From the NCBI GenBank assembly GCA_030390025.1, contig CM059432.1, forward strand, positions 107,696,001-107,760,000: a stretch of 64,000 bases of DNA, read 5' to 3'. The stretch's first letter is position 1; the number at the start of each line of letters is the position of its first letter. A model generated the notes under the pieces. That model had not been told where the DNA came from and made no database searches. It worked only from the letters and a program-made list of their open reading frames with translations. Of the stretch, positions 24,655 to 37,420 are shown one piece after another. The stretch is from Squalus acanthias. Lineage: Eukaryota. The position numbers and the translations under genes are program-made.

Positions 24655-27020
24655 CCTAATATAGACTGGGAAAATAACAGTTTAAAGGGCAAAGAGGGGG
24701 GAGGAATTCCTGAAATATGTACAAGAAAACTTTCTTGACCAATATGTTTCCAGCCCAACGAGGAAGGAAGCAGTGCTGGATCAGGTTCTGGGGAATGAAG
24801 TGGGGCAAGTTGAGTATGTTTCAGTGGGAGAGCATTTGGGAAACAATGATCACAATGTCATTAGGTTTAGAGTAGTTATGGAAAAGGACAAGGAAAAATC
24901 AAACACGAATATACTCAACTGGAGGAGGGCTAATTTCAGTGAGTTGAAAAGGGGTGTGGCCCAGGTGGATTAGAATCAAAAATTGGCAATAAAACTGTAA
25001 ATGAGCAATGGGAGGCCTTCAAAGAGGAGATAGTTCGGGTACAGACTAGACACATCCCTGGATGACTAAAGATATAGAGATGAAAATGAAACAGAAAAGG
25101 AATGTCATGTTCATAATACAGTAGAGAACCAAACTGAATACAGAAAGTACAGAGGAGAACAGAACAAGGAAATAAGAGGAGCAAAGAGAGAGTATGAGAA
25201 TAGATTAGCGGGTAACATAAAAGGGAATCCAAAAGTCTTTTATAAACATATGAATAGTAAAAGGATAGTCAAAAGAAAGGTGGGGCTGATTCAGGACCAA
25301 AAAGAAGATCTTCTTGTGGAGGAAGAGGGCATGGCCTAGGTACTGAATGAGTACTTTGCATCTACCTTCACTAAAGAGGATGCTGCCAATGTCACAGTGA
25401 AGGAGGAGGTATTAGAGAAATTGGATAGGATAAAAATAAAGAAGGAGGTACTTAAAAGGTTGACAGTGCTCAAATTAGAAAAATCACTCGGTTCGGATGG
25501 GATGCATCCTCGGTTTCTGAGGGAAGTAAGGGTGGAAATTGCAGAGGCTCTGGTCATCATCTTCTAATCCTCCTTAGATATGGGAGTGGTGCCAGAGGAC
25601 TGGAGGATTGCAAATGTTACACCCCTGTTCAAAAAAGGAGAAAGGGATAAACCTGGCAATTACAGTCCAGTCTGTCTAATGTCGGTGGTGGGGAAATTTT
25701 TCAAGACAGTAATCCAGAATGAAATTAATTGGTACTTGGAAAAATATGGGTTAATAAATGAAACCCAGCATGGATTAAAGGCAAATCATGTTTGACTAAC
25801 TTGATTGAGTTCTTTGATGAAGTAACAGAGAGGGTGGATGAGGGCAGTGTGGTTGATGTTGTGTATATGGTCTTTCAAAAGGCATTTGATAAAGTGCCAC
25901 ATAATAACCTTGTTAGCAACATTGAAGTCCATGGGATTAAAGGGGCAGTGGCTGTGTGAATATGAAATTGGCTAAGGGACAGAAAGCAGAGAGTAGTGGT
26001 GAACAGTTGTTTTCAGACTGGATGAAGTATACAATTAATTTCATTCTGGATTACTGTCTCTAAAAGTTGCCCCACCGCTGACATTAGACAGACTGGCCTG
26101 TAGTTGTCGGTTTTATCCCTCTTCCCTTTTTTGAACGGGGTGTCCCTCAGGTATCGGTATTAGGAACACTGCTCTTTTTGATATATTTTAATGACCTGAA
26201 CTTTAATACTGGACTGGTGGCAGGACAAGTTAAGAAGGCTGTTAAAAAGGTATATGGGATCTTTAGCTTTATAAATAGAGGCATAGAGTACAAAAGCAAG
26301 GCAGTTATGCTAAACCTTCATAAAACACTGTTTCGGCCCCAGCTGGAGCATTGTGGCCAGTTCTGGACATCACACTTTAGGAAGAATGTCAAGGCCTTAG
26401 AGAGGGTGCAGAGGAGATTTACTAGAATGGTACCAGGGATGCAGGACTTCAGTTATGCAGAGAGACTAGAGAAGCCGGGGTTGTTCTCCTTAGAACAGAT
26501 AAGGTTAAGGGGAGATTTAATAGTGGTGCTCAAAATCATAAAGGGATTTGATAGAGTAAATAAGAAGAAAGATATGCTAAAAGGCTGAGATGAGATAGAT
26601 GGAATGGGAGGAGACTGGTGTGGAGTATAAACACCAGCACTGACTAATTGGGCCAAATGGCCTGTTTTTGTGCTGTATATTCCATGTAATTCAATGTAAA
26701 CTGTTTCCAGTTGCAGGAGGGTCGGTAACCAAAGGACACAAATTTAAAATAATTGGCAAAAGAACCAGTGGCAACATGAGGAAACATTTTTTACGCAGCG
26801 AATTGATATGATCTGGAAAGCACTGCCTGAAAGGGTGGTGGAAGCAGATTCAATAGTAACTTTCAAAAGGGAATTGGATAAATATTTGAAGGGGAAAAAA
26901 TTGCAGTTCTGTGGGGAAAGAGCAGGGGAATGGGACTAATTGGATAGCATTTTCAAAGAGCCAGCACAGATACAATGGGCCGAATAGCCTCCTTTTTTGC
27001 TGTATCATTCTGTGATTCTA
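24655..27020 (+). mobile_element. 5'-truncated, degraded CR1 LINE, with a small inverted duplication and a second CR1 tail at ~26565-26700
   Basis: LDQVLGNE, VPEDWRIANVTPLFKKG, LERVQRRFTRM; CATTCTGTGATTCTA tail. Confidence 0.9.
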
Positions 27021-27944
27021 CGATAATATATCTCTGTGTTAGTCAAATAGACAGTTACTGAAAGGAACACTTCGTAACATAATAACCAGCAAATCACATC
27101 AGTAGATATAAAGTCATTAAGTAACAATACAATGAGGATTCCTGTTTGGATACATGAGCACTTCACAACATCCAGCACTTGTACCACAACCTTCCTTTGT
27201 CTGCTGTTACCTGTGAAACACAAACCCTGTAATTCAGCAGAGAATTAAAATGAAACAGCTCAAAAACAATAGGAAGGGAAAGGGTTAAATCCTCAAAAAT
27301 AATGCATTGGGTTTGATATCAGCTCACATTCCAGGATGGAGTGTGGGATCAATAATAAAGGTGTGTGCGCGCAACCTGTCCCTAAATTTTCTCAGTGCTC
27401 CTTCCTACCCATCTGAAAAATGAGTCTGTATTAAGACGTTGTCAAGAATTTACTTATACTAGATTTCCAGTGTTGTTGGAGTCCATGCTATTTTCATTCT
27501 CCTATCTTATGTTTGTATGCACATCTCTCATGACTAATAATAGTTTCCTGGCTGACTTTCTAAGTCTTGAACTTATGCAGAACTGTATGTACAGACCCTA
27601 ATTATTGCAGAAGAGCAGCTTGTGAACTTGAACTGTTATTCACCCTTTGGGCACGTCTAAAGTTGAAGCTCTTGGTATGCAACAAGGTTCAAGGAACATA
27701 GGAACAAGAGTAGTCCATTCAGCCCCTCAATCCTGTTCCACCATTCAGTTATATCATGGCTGATCTGTACCTCAACAGCACTATTCCGCCTTTGCTCCAT
27801 ATCCCTTGATACCTTTATCGCACAAAAATTTATTGTTCTCAGTCTTGAAATTAACCCAACATCCGCAGCCTTTTAGGGGAGCAAGTTCCAGATTTCTATT
27901 ACCCTTTATGCGAAAAAGTGGTTCCTGATTTACCTCCTAAATGG

Positions 27945-29336
27945 TGTAGGGGGTGGTGTGTGGGGGTCAGGTTCACCTCTGACTCAGTGAGCGGTTCGAA
28001 TCGCTCCCACGCCCCTGGTTCTAGACCTTGGACTTATTTGGGGGTTGTGAACAAAGGTGCAGTAGACAACAGGTTTTGATGAAAGAATTTTGACTTTTAT
28101 TAAAGAAAAAGGTAACAAACTTAAAACACACTTAATGCTTAAACACAGGTTGGGGAACACACGGTACACGCGAGGGAAATAACATTAGAAGAATACTTCA
28201 GCCCTCCCAATCCTACTTCACTAGCTAGGTTGGACTCTGGAGAACCAGGGATAATGCTCACCAAACGAATCCTTGACAGTTGAGAGTTAGGGTTTAGAGT
28301 CTTTTGAGTAAAAGATTTCGTAAGGCCCTTGTTGCCGTGAGGTGTCCGATGGTCACTGAGGCGGTCGCTCTGGTCTCTTCTTGCGTGTCGGCCTACTTCT
28401 GGAGCTGTTGGCTTTCTTTGTTGAACTGCTTTCTGTTTAAATTATCTTCTTCCGAGCTGTGGAACTGCCTTCTTGCAGAACTGTGGAAACTGCCTTCTGC
28501 CTGCTTGTTGAACTTGAACTGTTTTACTGGAGAACTGGAGAACTCCCTTCTTACTGAACTGTCTTCTTTAACTGCCCAACTTGCTTCTCCTGAACTCTGT
28601 AATTCCAGCACTGACTTCTGCTGAAAAACAGGCTTTCAAATTGAACTCCAAAACTGCAGAACTGCCTTCTGTTGAACTTGACTGTTGTTACTGCTTTCTC
28701 GAACTTGAAACTGTTGAAAACTGCTGAACTGCTTGATGGGCCTTCAATTATACTAAATTGAAGAGGCCTTATCAAAACCAAATCAAATCCAGGTCATTGT
28801 AAGACCTAGTTAACAGTAACGACTTTACTAGCGTGTTAACTGGTTTTGTAAATGTGTGACATGGTTTCAGGATAGCTCCATCCTGTTGATCTGTTGTTTA
28901 ATCGGAGTTTGAATTGTCCTCATGTTTTGGGTTTCTTGACTGGGCCGAGGACTTCGATTGAATATTTGCTTTATGCATGTCTTTTAATGGGTTCTGTAAT
29001 CGGTTTGATGGGACCTGTTGTTTTGGGTGGGACTGTCTCCTCCTAGGGTCTATTGTCAAAATGTTAATGCTTGCTTGGGCTTGAGTGAGGTCATTCCGGT
29101 TCCCCAGACATTGCAATTAACTGCAATACCCAAACTGCTTTTGCAGAGGTCGAGCCCAACTTCCTTCGCAGCCTTTTCTCCCTTTACAGGCCCAGACATG
29201 TTTTTAAAATGCCAAAACTTGGTTTTTGGTCTTAAATTCCTTATGTTAGGCCCAAATGCATTTTTATCACTCTGAGGTAGTTCCAAAGTCCTTTATCCTT
29301 CGGTTTTGGGGATCTGCAAATTTTGGAAACCTTACA
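27945..29336 (-). mobile_element. Solo LTR (1392 bp), Gypsy- or ERV-type
   Basis: Termini TGTAGG...CCTTACA; 4-bp TSD ATGG (27941-27944, 29337-29340); AATAAA on the - strand at 28096-28101; no coding content. Confidence 0.85.
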
Positions 29337-29889
29337 ATGGCCTAGCTCTAATTTTAAGATTGTGCCCCATTGTTCTGGATTCCCCCACCACAAGAAATGT
29401 TTTTTTCTGTCTCTAGCCAATCAAATCCTGTTATCATTTTAAAGATCTCGATTAAATCACCCTTCAACCGTCTAAACTCAAGGGAATACAACACAAGTTT
29501 ATGTAACCTGTCCTCACAATTTAACCCTTTAAACGCTGGTATAATTCTGGTGAATCTGCACTGCACCCCCTCCAAGGACAATACGGCCACAAAATTTGGC
29601 TCCTCAGCGCCCATTTTTGTGGTGCTACGAGTGTCGTTCTTGCTCCAAAATGGCATCTGCACCACATGCACTCTCCTGGTGCAGGCCACGCCGGACGCCA
29701 TCTCGGGTAGGGCTTTAGCATGGGAGCAGTGAGCATGCGTCGGAAGTGTGCAGAGTAAGTAGATTGTGACGTCAATCAGAGTGTAATGCTGGTTTGAAGC
29801 AAGCGCAGCCATTTTGGAACTCAACGCTTCAGCTAATGCCCTCTCTTAAGCTCGCACAGCTAAACATGCATTCAGCAGCCGGAAGGACT

Positions 29890-30715
29890 TCAAGGATTCT
29901 GCACAGGCCACATGCTCCCAGACATGCATTCAACCTGGCCTACAGCATGACAGGGAGAATGAGCAGAAACTAAAGAGAAGGGTCAACTTGATCCAGAAAC
30001 TCGCCGGATCCACATGGGAAGCAGACGCTCCGTACGGCAGCACTCGCCCTGGTGTACTCTACAGCGGAGTACTGCTCTCCGGCATGGCTATCAAGTCCGC
30101 ATGTCAAATCCGTTGATGTCCAGCTGAATTCTACTATGAGAATTATCACTGGTATGCTTTTATTGACACCAACGCCATGGCTGCCCGTGCTTGCAAACAT
30201 CACACCACTGCGAATATGCAGTCTCTAGAGAATACAACCGCTACACCAGCAAAGATCCAGGTCGACTTGAATAACCTACCACCAACCCATCTCAAATCTA
30301 GAAGGCCATTTTGGACCGTCGCCAAAGCACTTCAGCGATCTGCCCTCAGCCTTGATGACCGATGGCGAAATGCTTGGAAGAACTGACATACGGAATGGAT
30401 TCCTTAGGAGGACCCCACAGTACAACCTGAAGGATCAAACCTTCCTCGCAAACAGTGGACAACCATCAACTGCCTCAGAACTGGTCATGATAGATGCTGT
30501 CACCTTCTCCATAGATGGAAGATTAAAGCATCCCCATCATGCGACTGTGGAGCTCCTAATCAGACCCTGGGGCACATCATTGAGCACTGCCCTCAGAGGA
30601 AATTCACAGGCAGCCTACAAGATATCCACGCTGTTACACCGGAAGTTTTGGCCTGGATATCTGACTTAGATATTGACATTTGATTTGTTTTGCTACTACC
30701 ATACGAAAGAAGAAG
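29890..30715 (+). mobile_element. 3' fragment of an I-group (Ingi/Vingi-like) LINE
   Basis: Reads KLAGSTW...LRTAALALVYSTAEYC...VDVQLNSTMRII...WLPVLANI, then CDCG..QT..HIIEHCP CCHC finger; CATACGAAAGAAGAAG tail. Clade assignment is from recalled motifs. Confidence 0.65.
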
Positions 30716-32069
30716 GGGAGCAGAGGTGATATAGAGCAGGACAAGTTGCTGGAAGGAGGAGGAGGAGGAGGGAGAGCAGGGCTCTCAGCAGGAGGCCATA
30801 TCCGCCCAGTGTGTTCAGGGAGCAATGCTCCTACCTGAACCTCAGCGAGGAACAATGTATGAGATGTCTGCACTTCACCAAGGACGTCCTCACTGAAATC
30901 TGCCACCTGCTGCAGCCACAACTGCAAACTAAGAGCAGGGTGAGGACCGCATTGCCAGTGGCTGTGAAGGTCACGGTGGCCATGAACTTTTATGTGTCAG
31001 GCTCCTTCCAGGCTGGAGCAGGAGATATTTGCAACATATCCCAGTTTGCTGTGCACCGTTGCATAAGGGAGGTAACTGAGGCTCTGAATACATTTCATTC
31101 TCTCTGGCCAGAGAGCAGCTGGCGAAGTGAGCACACGGCTTTGTGAGGATTGCAGGCTTCCCCATGCTGCAGGGTGCCATTGAATGCATGCACGCCGCTT
31201 TGCAGGTGCCGCATGTAAACTCTGAGAGGTCAATAACCAGGGGGCATAGATTTAAAGTAATTGGTAGAAGGATTAGAGGGGAGTTGAGGAGAATTTTTTT
31301 CACCCAGAGGGTGGTGAGGGTCTGGAACTCACTGCCTGAAAGGGTGATAGAGGCAGAAACCCTCATCGCATTTAAAAAGTACTTGGATATGCACTTGAAG
31401 TGCCGTAACCTACCAGGCTATGGACCTAGAGCTGGAAAGTGGGATTAGACTGGATAGCTCTTTTTTGGCCGGCACAGACACGATGAGCCGAATGGCCTCC
31501 TTCTGTGCCGTAACTTCAATGATTCTATGAAAGGGATTCCACTCCCTCAATGTCCAGCTGGTGTGTGACCATATTCAGCAAATTATGCAGGTGAATGCCC
31601 GGTATCCTAGCAGTAGTCATGATGCCTTTGCTTTTGGGGTAGTCCACTGTGCCATCTATATTTGAGCCACCACAACAAACCAGAGGGTGGCTACTGGGTG
31701 ACAAAGGCTATCCATTTACGACATGGCTCATGACTCCGGTGCGCAACCCATGCATACATGGGCAGCATTCCAACAACAAAAGCCATGCTGCCGCAAAAAT
31801 ATCATTGAGCAGACCATTGGCTTGCTGAAGCAACGTTTCTGCTGCCTGGACTGCTGGTAGGAGGAGCCCTGCAGTACTCGGCAGAGCGGGTGTCGAGATT
31901 TGTGGTGACCTACTGCATGCTGCTCAACATTGCCATCATGACCAGTTCAGGAGGAGGAGGAGGAGCAGGAGGAGGAGGAGGAAGAGGAAGAGGAAGGGAG
32001 GAGGCAACCCAGTCAGCCCCTTTCTGGCTGGCTGTCCGTGACTGACTCACCTGGCTGCGATACCAGTAA
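30716..32069 (+). pseudogene. Harbinger transposase of H3, interrupted by a CR1 3' fragment
   Basis: [54 protein letters not shown]. Confidence 0.88.
31225..31530 (+). mobile_element. CR1 3' fragment
   Basis: TRGHRFK...FFTQRVVRVWNSLP...GKWD; GATTCTATGA tail. Confidence 0.92.
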
Positions 32070-32096
32070 ACGCAACCCCAGTTCCACATTCACCAA

Positions 32097-35000
32097 GGCC
32101 GGAATTTTCTGTACCCGGGCAGGTCGGGTACGGGCGGTCGGTGTGGCGGGTCGCGACCCTGTTGCTGCTTCCATCCCGCTGCAGGAAATGACTTTGTGAT
32201 AATGGGGCCTATTAAGCCCGCCCTGCACGTTACCCGGCCCAATTAAATGGTGCAGGTCTGATGACGTCATCCATAATGCGTTTTCAGCTGGTATATTTAA
32301 AGGAGCCATGGCCACATTGCATTTCACGGTTCCCCTAGGAGTGTGCAGGCAGCACACTGGAGGTTTTCATTGCTCCAAACAGTTGGAGAGATGGCTGCAC
32401 AGAGGCAGAGGGCTGCACCCAGGTTCTCCGATGACTCCCTCTATGTCCTTGTGGAGGGAGTCAGAGCACGCAGGGAGGTCCTCTTCCCTTCCAATGGGTG
32501 GAAGAGACCTCCCCAGGAGACAAAAAGAGCCTGGCTCCAAATTGCAGAGAAGGTCAACAGCAGGGATGTGTTCAGGAGGACCTGGGGCAGTGCTGGAAAC
32601 GTTTCAATGATCTCATTTTATCAGGAAAGGTGAGTACAAAGTCACACTCAATTTCATCCTGCTGTGCCTCTCATCACATCCCCATCACTCTGCCTTCCCA
32701 ACCCTACTCCTGCACATCCTTACTCACACCAGCACACCTTGCACATCTACCCATCCCTCTCTATCTACATTATCACATCCCCATCTTACTAGCCATCCCT
32801 CACAATCAGCTTCATCCTAATGCAATCATACCAATTAACAACACGCAAGGAGCCCACTTTGCATTGCCACCCCAATCCATCATAGTCACCCTCTAAAGAT
32901 GTAACTCATCCATTCCTTACACTCATTCCATCACTCTCACTCAACCTTCTCTTCTTTCCCTCCTTGCAGGAGAAGAGAGCGCACAATAAGAGGGAGAGGG
33001 AGAGAACTGGAGGTGGGCCTCCATTATTTGCGACCCTCACAACAGCAGAGGAGGCTGCATTGGAAGTCTCAGGAGTGGCCGAGCAGCTGGAGGTGGGAGA
33101 CGGAGCGAGGGGGACATCTCATCAACCTGGTGACAGAATTACATATCAGACAGCTACATGGCATGCATCAGTCACTCATATGGGGACTGATGTCATCAGC
33201 CATTGAATGGTCATTATGTGCTTAATGGTATGTGAACCCATTCTTCATATAACATATCTAACTTATCTCTTTACTCTCCCACAGGTCCATCAAGAGCCCC
33301 CCCCGCCCCACTGTCCAGGCGGAAGAGGAAGACGACTCCTCAGAGGAGCCTCCAGCCTCTGAGGGCGCACTGTCACCAGACATGAGCGCACCCAGCATCA
33401 GCGCAGATAAGCACACCTCGGTGGGTCCTACGCGAGATAGAGTAGTGTAGTCACCTGGTGTCTCACAACTCACAAGTGAGCAAGAGCAGATGTTGGAGAC
33501 TCCTCGCCGGAGGGTGCAGGATGCTCTCAGCTCTGCTCAGCTGCATGCAGACACTGAGCCTCGGGGCCATCCAGAAAGAGGGCGATATTGGAGGTGCAGC
33601 AAGACGTGAAGGAGGTTCTGACAGGTTTTGCGAGTGTGATGTCTACAAATGTGCAGAGAATGGAGGAGTCCATCTCCAACATGGGCACCACCATGTCGCA
33701 AGCTATGGTGACTGAAGGCTCTTCCATGGATAGGATGGCAACCTGCATGGAGCAGCTAATGCGCCTCTCACAGGAGCACATGCCATCTATGGAGAATAGA
33801 TGGTTATCTATGGAGAATAGATAGCTGTCTATCGAGCACAGATGGCAGAGGCTCATAGACCTCCTGTCTAGGAAGGATGTCAGCGTTGACGTGGGTCCTC
33901 ATGACCCCACTGATGTGCAGCAAGGTGTTCTCCAGCTTCTTGCTAGCAGGGAAGTGCGGGTGGCCCATGAGAAGGATGACGGTGAGAGGGGAGAGTGTGG
34001 GATCCTCTCAATACACTTACACCTCTCCCCCATTGCCACCCTCTCAGTCAGAGCCCCACATGCTTCCTCAGATCGCGATGGCCAAGTCTTCCCCTGTACA
34101 GTCGCAGGAGGAGCAGACTTTGGCGGGGCCATCACAGGCTCCAAAACCCAGAGAACGTCTGCCAAGAGTGTCTAAGCAGTCGCAGCAGGGAAGTGAGGAG
34201 GCTGCCTCTACCTCTGCTGAAGCCACAGGGGTAGCACCTCGTAGAAGCACGTGGAAGAGAAAGATGACACACAAGTAGATTCACAAGGGTAGCCACTTGG
34301 GTGTTTTAGTTAATAGCAAGTTTCCGATAATATATTGTCAACCATTAAAATCTTTATTTTCACCACTTTCCTGTCTTAGACACATTTGTGTGCACCTTTG
34401 GAAGTGGCTTGTGACTGGTGAGACATAATGGAACCTCCAGCAATGGTGGTCAGCGTGAAAGGAATGGCTTGGTCATTGTAGGGATCCCTTATGGTGTTGC
34501 TGTGCTGTGGTGCCAACCTGGCGTAGCATGTGGCAGCCATTTGGGTGTACAGCATCAAGTGAAGTAAATCTGGCCATGATGAAGCCATCCCTGGCCTTCC
34601 GGACAGCAATGTGCTCGGGTGCTGATGCCCTCTGTCCTGTGCAGCATCAGGTGGTTGCGGAGAAGGTTGGTGTTGTTGTTGGTGCTGCTGGTGTTGGGGC
34701 TTATCGTGGTCTGATTCTGAGGAGCAAGGTGATGGAATAGATGGCAGGTCAAGGAGAGTTGACAGAAGCAATCTGTCAATGGTGAGAGAGGTTCTTCCAA
34801 TGAGGTGACACTGGATGGAGACTTTGCTGGAAACACTTGCAGCCTGCAGAAAGCTCAATCTGTGCTGGCAATGTAGTCTGCCTGAGGAAAGTCATCAGCT
34901 GTGAGGTGGGAGCTTTTATATTACATTTGATGCTGTCAAGTAATCACCTGGAGTAATGGCCACTCAACTCCCGCCTCAGTTTGATAGACATGGTTCCCGA

Positions 35001-35269
35001 GCTGTGTGAATCCTGTGGCCATGCAGGGAAATTTGAAATGTAGGGGGGAAAAGGGAAAAGGGAAAAGTATCTGACAACAAGCTTATAATGATTTCAATTA
35101 GATTGCTCGCCTCTGCCAGTCGGGTCACTGCTGCACCGGCAAACGCGCCTGAGGGAAAGGCGTGTGGGGGCGGGATGACAGCGGGTTCCCGACCCGCTAG
35201 GACTTTTTTCAAATTTCCCACCCGACCCACCTCCGATTGCGCCCGCACGAACCCCAGAAAATTCCGGCA
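32097..35269. mobile_element. Harbinger H4 (family A); transposase core deleted, Myb retained
   Basis: TIRs GGCCGGAATTTTCTG / CAGAAAATTCCGGCA; TSD CAA; collinear with H1. Confidence 0.93.
32391..34278 (+). pseudogene. Myb/SANT gene of H4, three exons, frameshifted
   Basis: MAAQRQRAAPRFSDD...AWLQIAEKVNS; RERERTGGGPP; splice sites as in H1. Confidence 0.87.
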
Positions 35270-35341
35270 CAAGTGTCCCACACCTTCCCTTCCCTCTGTT
35301 ACTGACCATCACAGCATCCGCTTGTGCCTTCCCTTAGTGTG

Positions 35342-36833
35342 TCATCCGTGTGCCTTTGCCTGTCCTTGTGCTCCTATGCAGTGCTACCCCAGTGACTGCA
35401 GCATGGCTGGTGGAAGGCTGATGACTTTCAGTGGGGGAGACTGCAGATGGCCTTGGAGGACGACCTCAAGCATCTCTGGGCCTTGGAGGGCCAGCTTCGG
35501 ACTGCACCATCTCAGCATGAGCGGCAGCAGTCTGGGCTGGCTGACAGGCAACAGCAAGGGCACTGACGGAGTGGCAGAGGTGGGAGGACGAATGTTGTCA
35601 TCCTGAGAGAGGACACAGGTTCATGCTCCACGGAGCCACTGCCACTCCCCCGGGGCGTCACCTTAGCAATCCTAGTAATGTGTTGGAGGACAGATTGCTG
35701 GACTTTTGTGACACCCTGCAAGCCCCTTTGAACACTAGTAACCGCAGCCATGATGGCAGAGTCTGGGCTTGCGTGGCAGCAAGCTGACCTTCCATGACAG
35801 AAGTCTGAGCTTCCACTGCAGCACTCAGACATTGGGTGGCTTCTGCTTCTGCTGCCATGGAAGTGGAGACATCAGCCATCAGACGCTGCATCATGGTTGG
35901 GTCCATAAGTGTACTAATGGAGTTGGCCACCACTTCCATGCTGGAAAGGATGGGCTCCAAGCTCTGCGCAAAGCCCTGTGCAAGGTTGGTGCCGGACTCC
36001 TCCATGCTCCTCGACATTGCATGCAGGATTTCTTGCAGGCCTGCCAATGCACCAAGCATTTCATTGTGCATACCCATCAGCCTTCTTCTGTGGCCTGCAC
36101 CATCGAAGTCCTCATCTGAGTCCTCTGCAGAAGAACTCGTGTGTGACCTCGCCCTCCGGGGAACTGGTACCTGTGCTACCCTTACCCCCTGCCCGGGCTG
36201 CAGGCCACTTGTGCCTGGTGACTCACCATGTGCAGATACCACCTCAAAGCTAGCCTCTAAATTATGCGCAATGTCATTATCTGAGCTGGCGGCTGCGAGT
36301 GTGAAAATAAGTGATGGTACTTTGTCTTCAGCATCACTGCCTTCTTCCTCTTCCAGTTTTGCTCCTCCACCACTGGCTGGCCAGGTTGCAGTTCTTGGGT
36401 ATCTGAAAGGAGAAAGGCACAAGGGTAGGGTTGTGGTGAGGGGAGGGGGGCAAGCAAGAGGTGCATGCTTACATGGCACAGACTCGATGGGCCAAATGAC
36501 CTCCTTCTGTGCTGTACTATTCTATAATTCTACACCATCTGCAGCTTGTAAATCAGAAGAGATAGTGGGATGAGGGGGAAGTGGGATGTGAGAAGGAGGA
36601 TTAGGTATGAGGATACCTTCATCCTCGATGATTTCAGCCCCACCACAGGCCACAGCCTCAGCGATGGACACTCCAATGATGGCAACCACCATCTCCTCCA
36701 TTGGGGTTGGGACATGCAGCCATGTCCGTCCCCTGCTGGTAGGCTCCTGCTGCCTCCTGTCCACCTCCTCCACCAAGGTCTCCAGTGCAGCGTCAGAAAA
36801 CCTTGGAGCATGCTCTCTCCCCTGTTGCATCAT
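35342..36833 (-). pseudogene. Myb/SANT gene of H3, internally deleted
   Basis: MMQQGREHAPRFSDAALETLVEEVDRR; exon 3 homologous to 10710-11680. Confidence 0.8.
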
Positions 36834-37420
36834 TATTCAGTCTTCTTCCAGCTCAGATTCTCCTCCACAAAGAGTACCAGCCCCTGCTCCAGCCAGAATG
36901 CACCTCCCCTTTAAGAGGTGCAGGCTGGCTTTAAGTAGTGCAGGCTAGCTTTAAGTGGTACTAGCCTGGCAGAAATCTAGGCTTCCCTGCTGAGGCATGC
37001 AGCCATTCAACAGCATGTTTAGCGCTGACTGAAAGCTTCTATAATTTAAATTAGCAGGTAGCACTAGGTTTTCATGCAGCCTACATCAGAAGTAACGGCT
37101 GCGGGTTAATCAGGCATCGTGATTCCCACGTCCGTTTTCGCGGGCTATCCAATTTAGCCCCCTATATCTTTCCTGAGGTGTGGTACCCAAAACTGAATGC
37201 AGTACTCCAAATGGGGTCTGATCAAGGTTCTGTACAACTAAAGCATAACTTCCTCACTTTTGTATTCCAAACCCCTTGACATAAAGGCCAACATTCAATT
37301 AGCCTTTTTGATTTCTTTTTGTCTCTGTGCACGAGCTTTTAGTGATTTGTGCACATGGGCACCTCAATTCCTTTGCTCCTCTACAGCTCTTAGTCTCTCC
37401 CCATTAAGAAAATATTCTGA

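Larger units (their letters stand above)
29585..37162. mobile_element. Harbinger H3 (related to family B), hosting three nested insertions
   Basis: Degenerate TIRs GGCCACAAAATT / AATTTAGCCCCC; TSD TAC/TAT; CR1 resumes at 37163; transposase on +, Myb on -. Confidence 0.82.

Noticed and set aside
27005..27223. Minus-strand exon after TTTCACAG (27211)
   Set aside because: Acceptor-like site only; peptide unrecognised and no confident donor.
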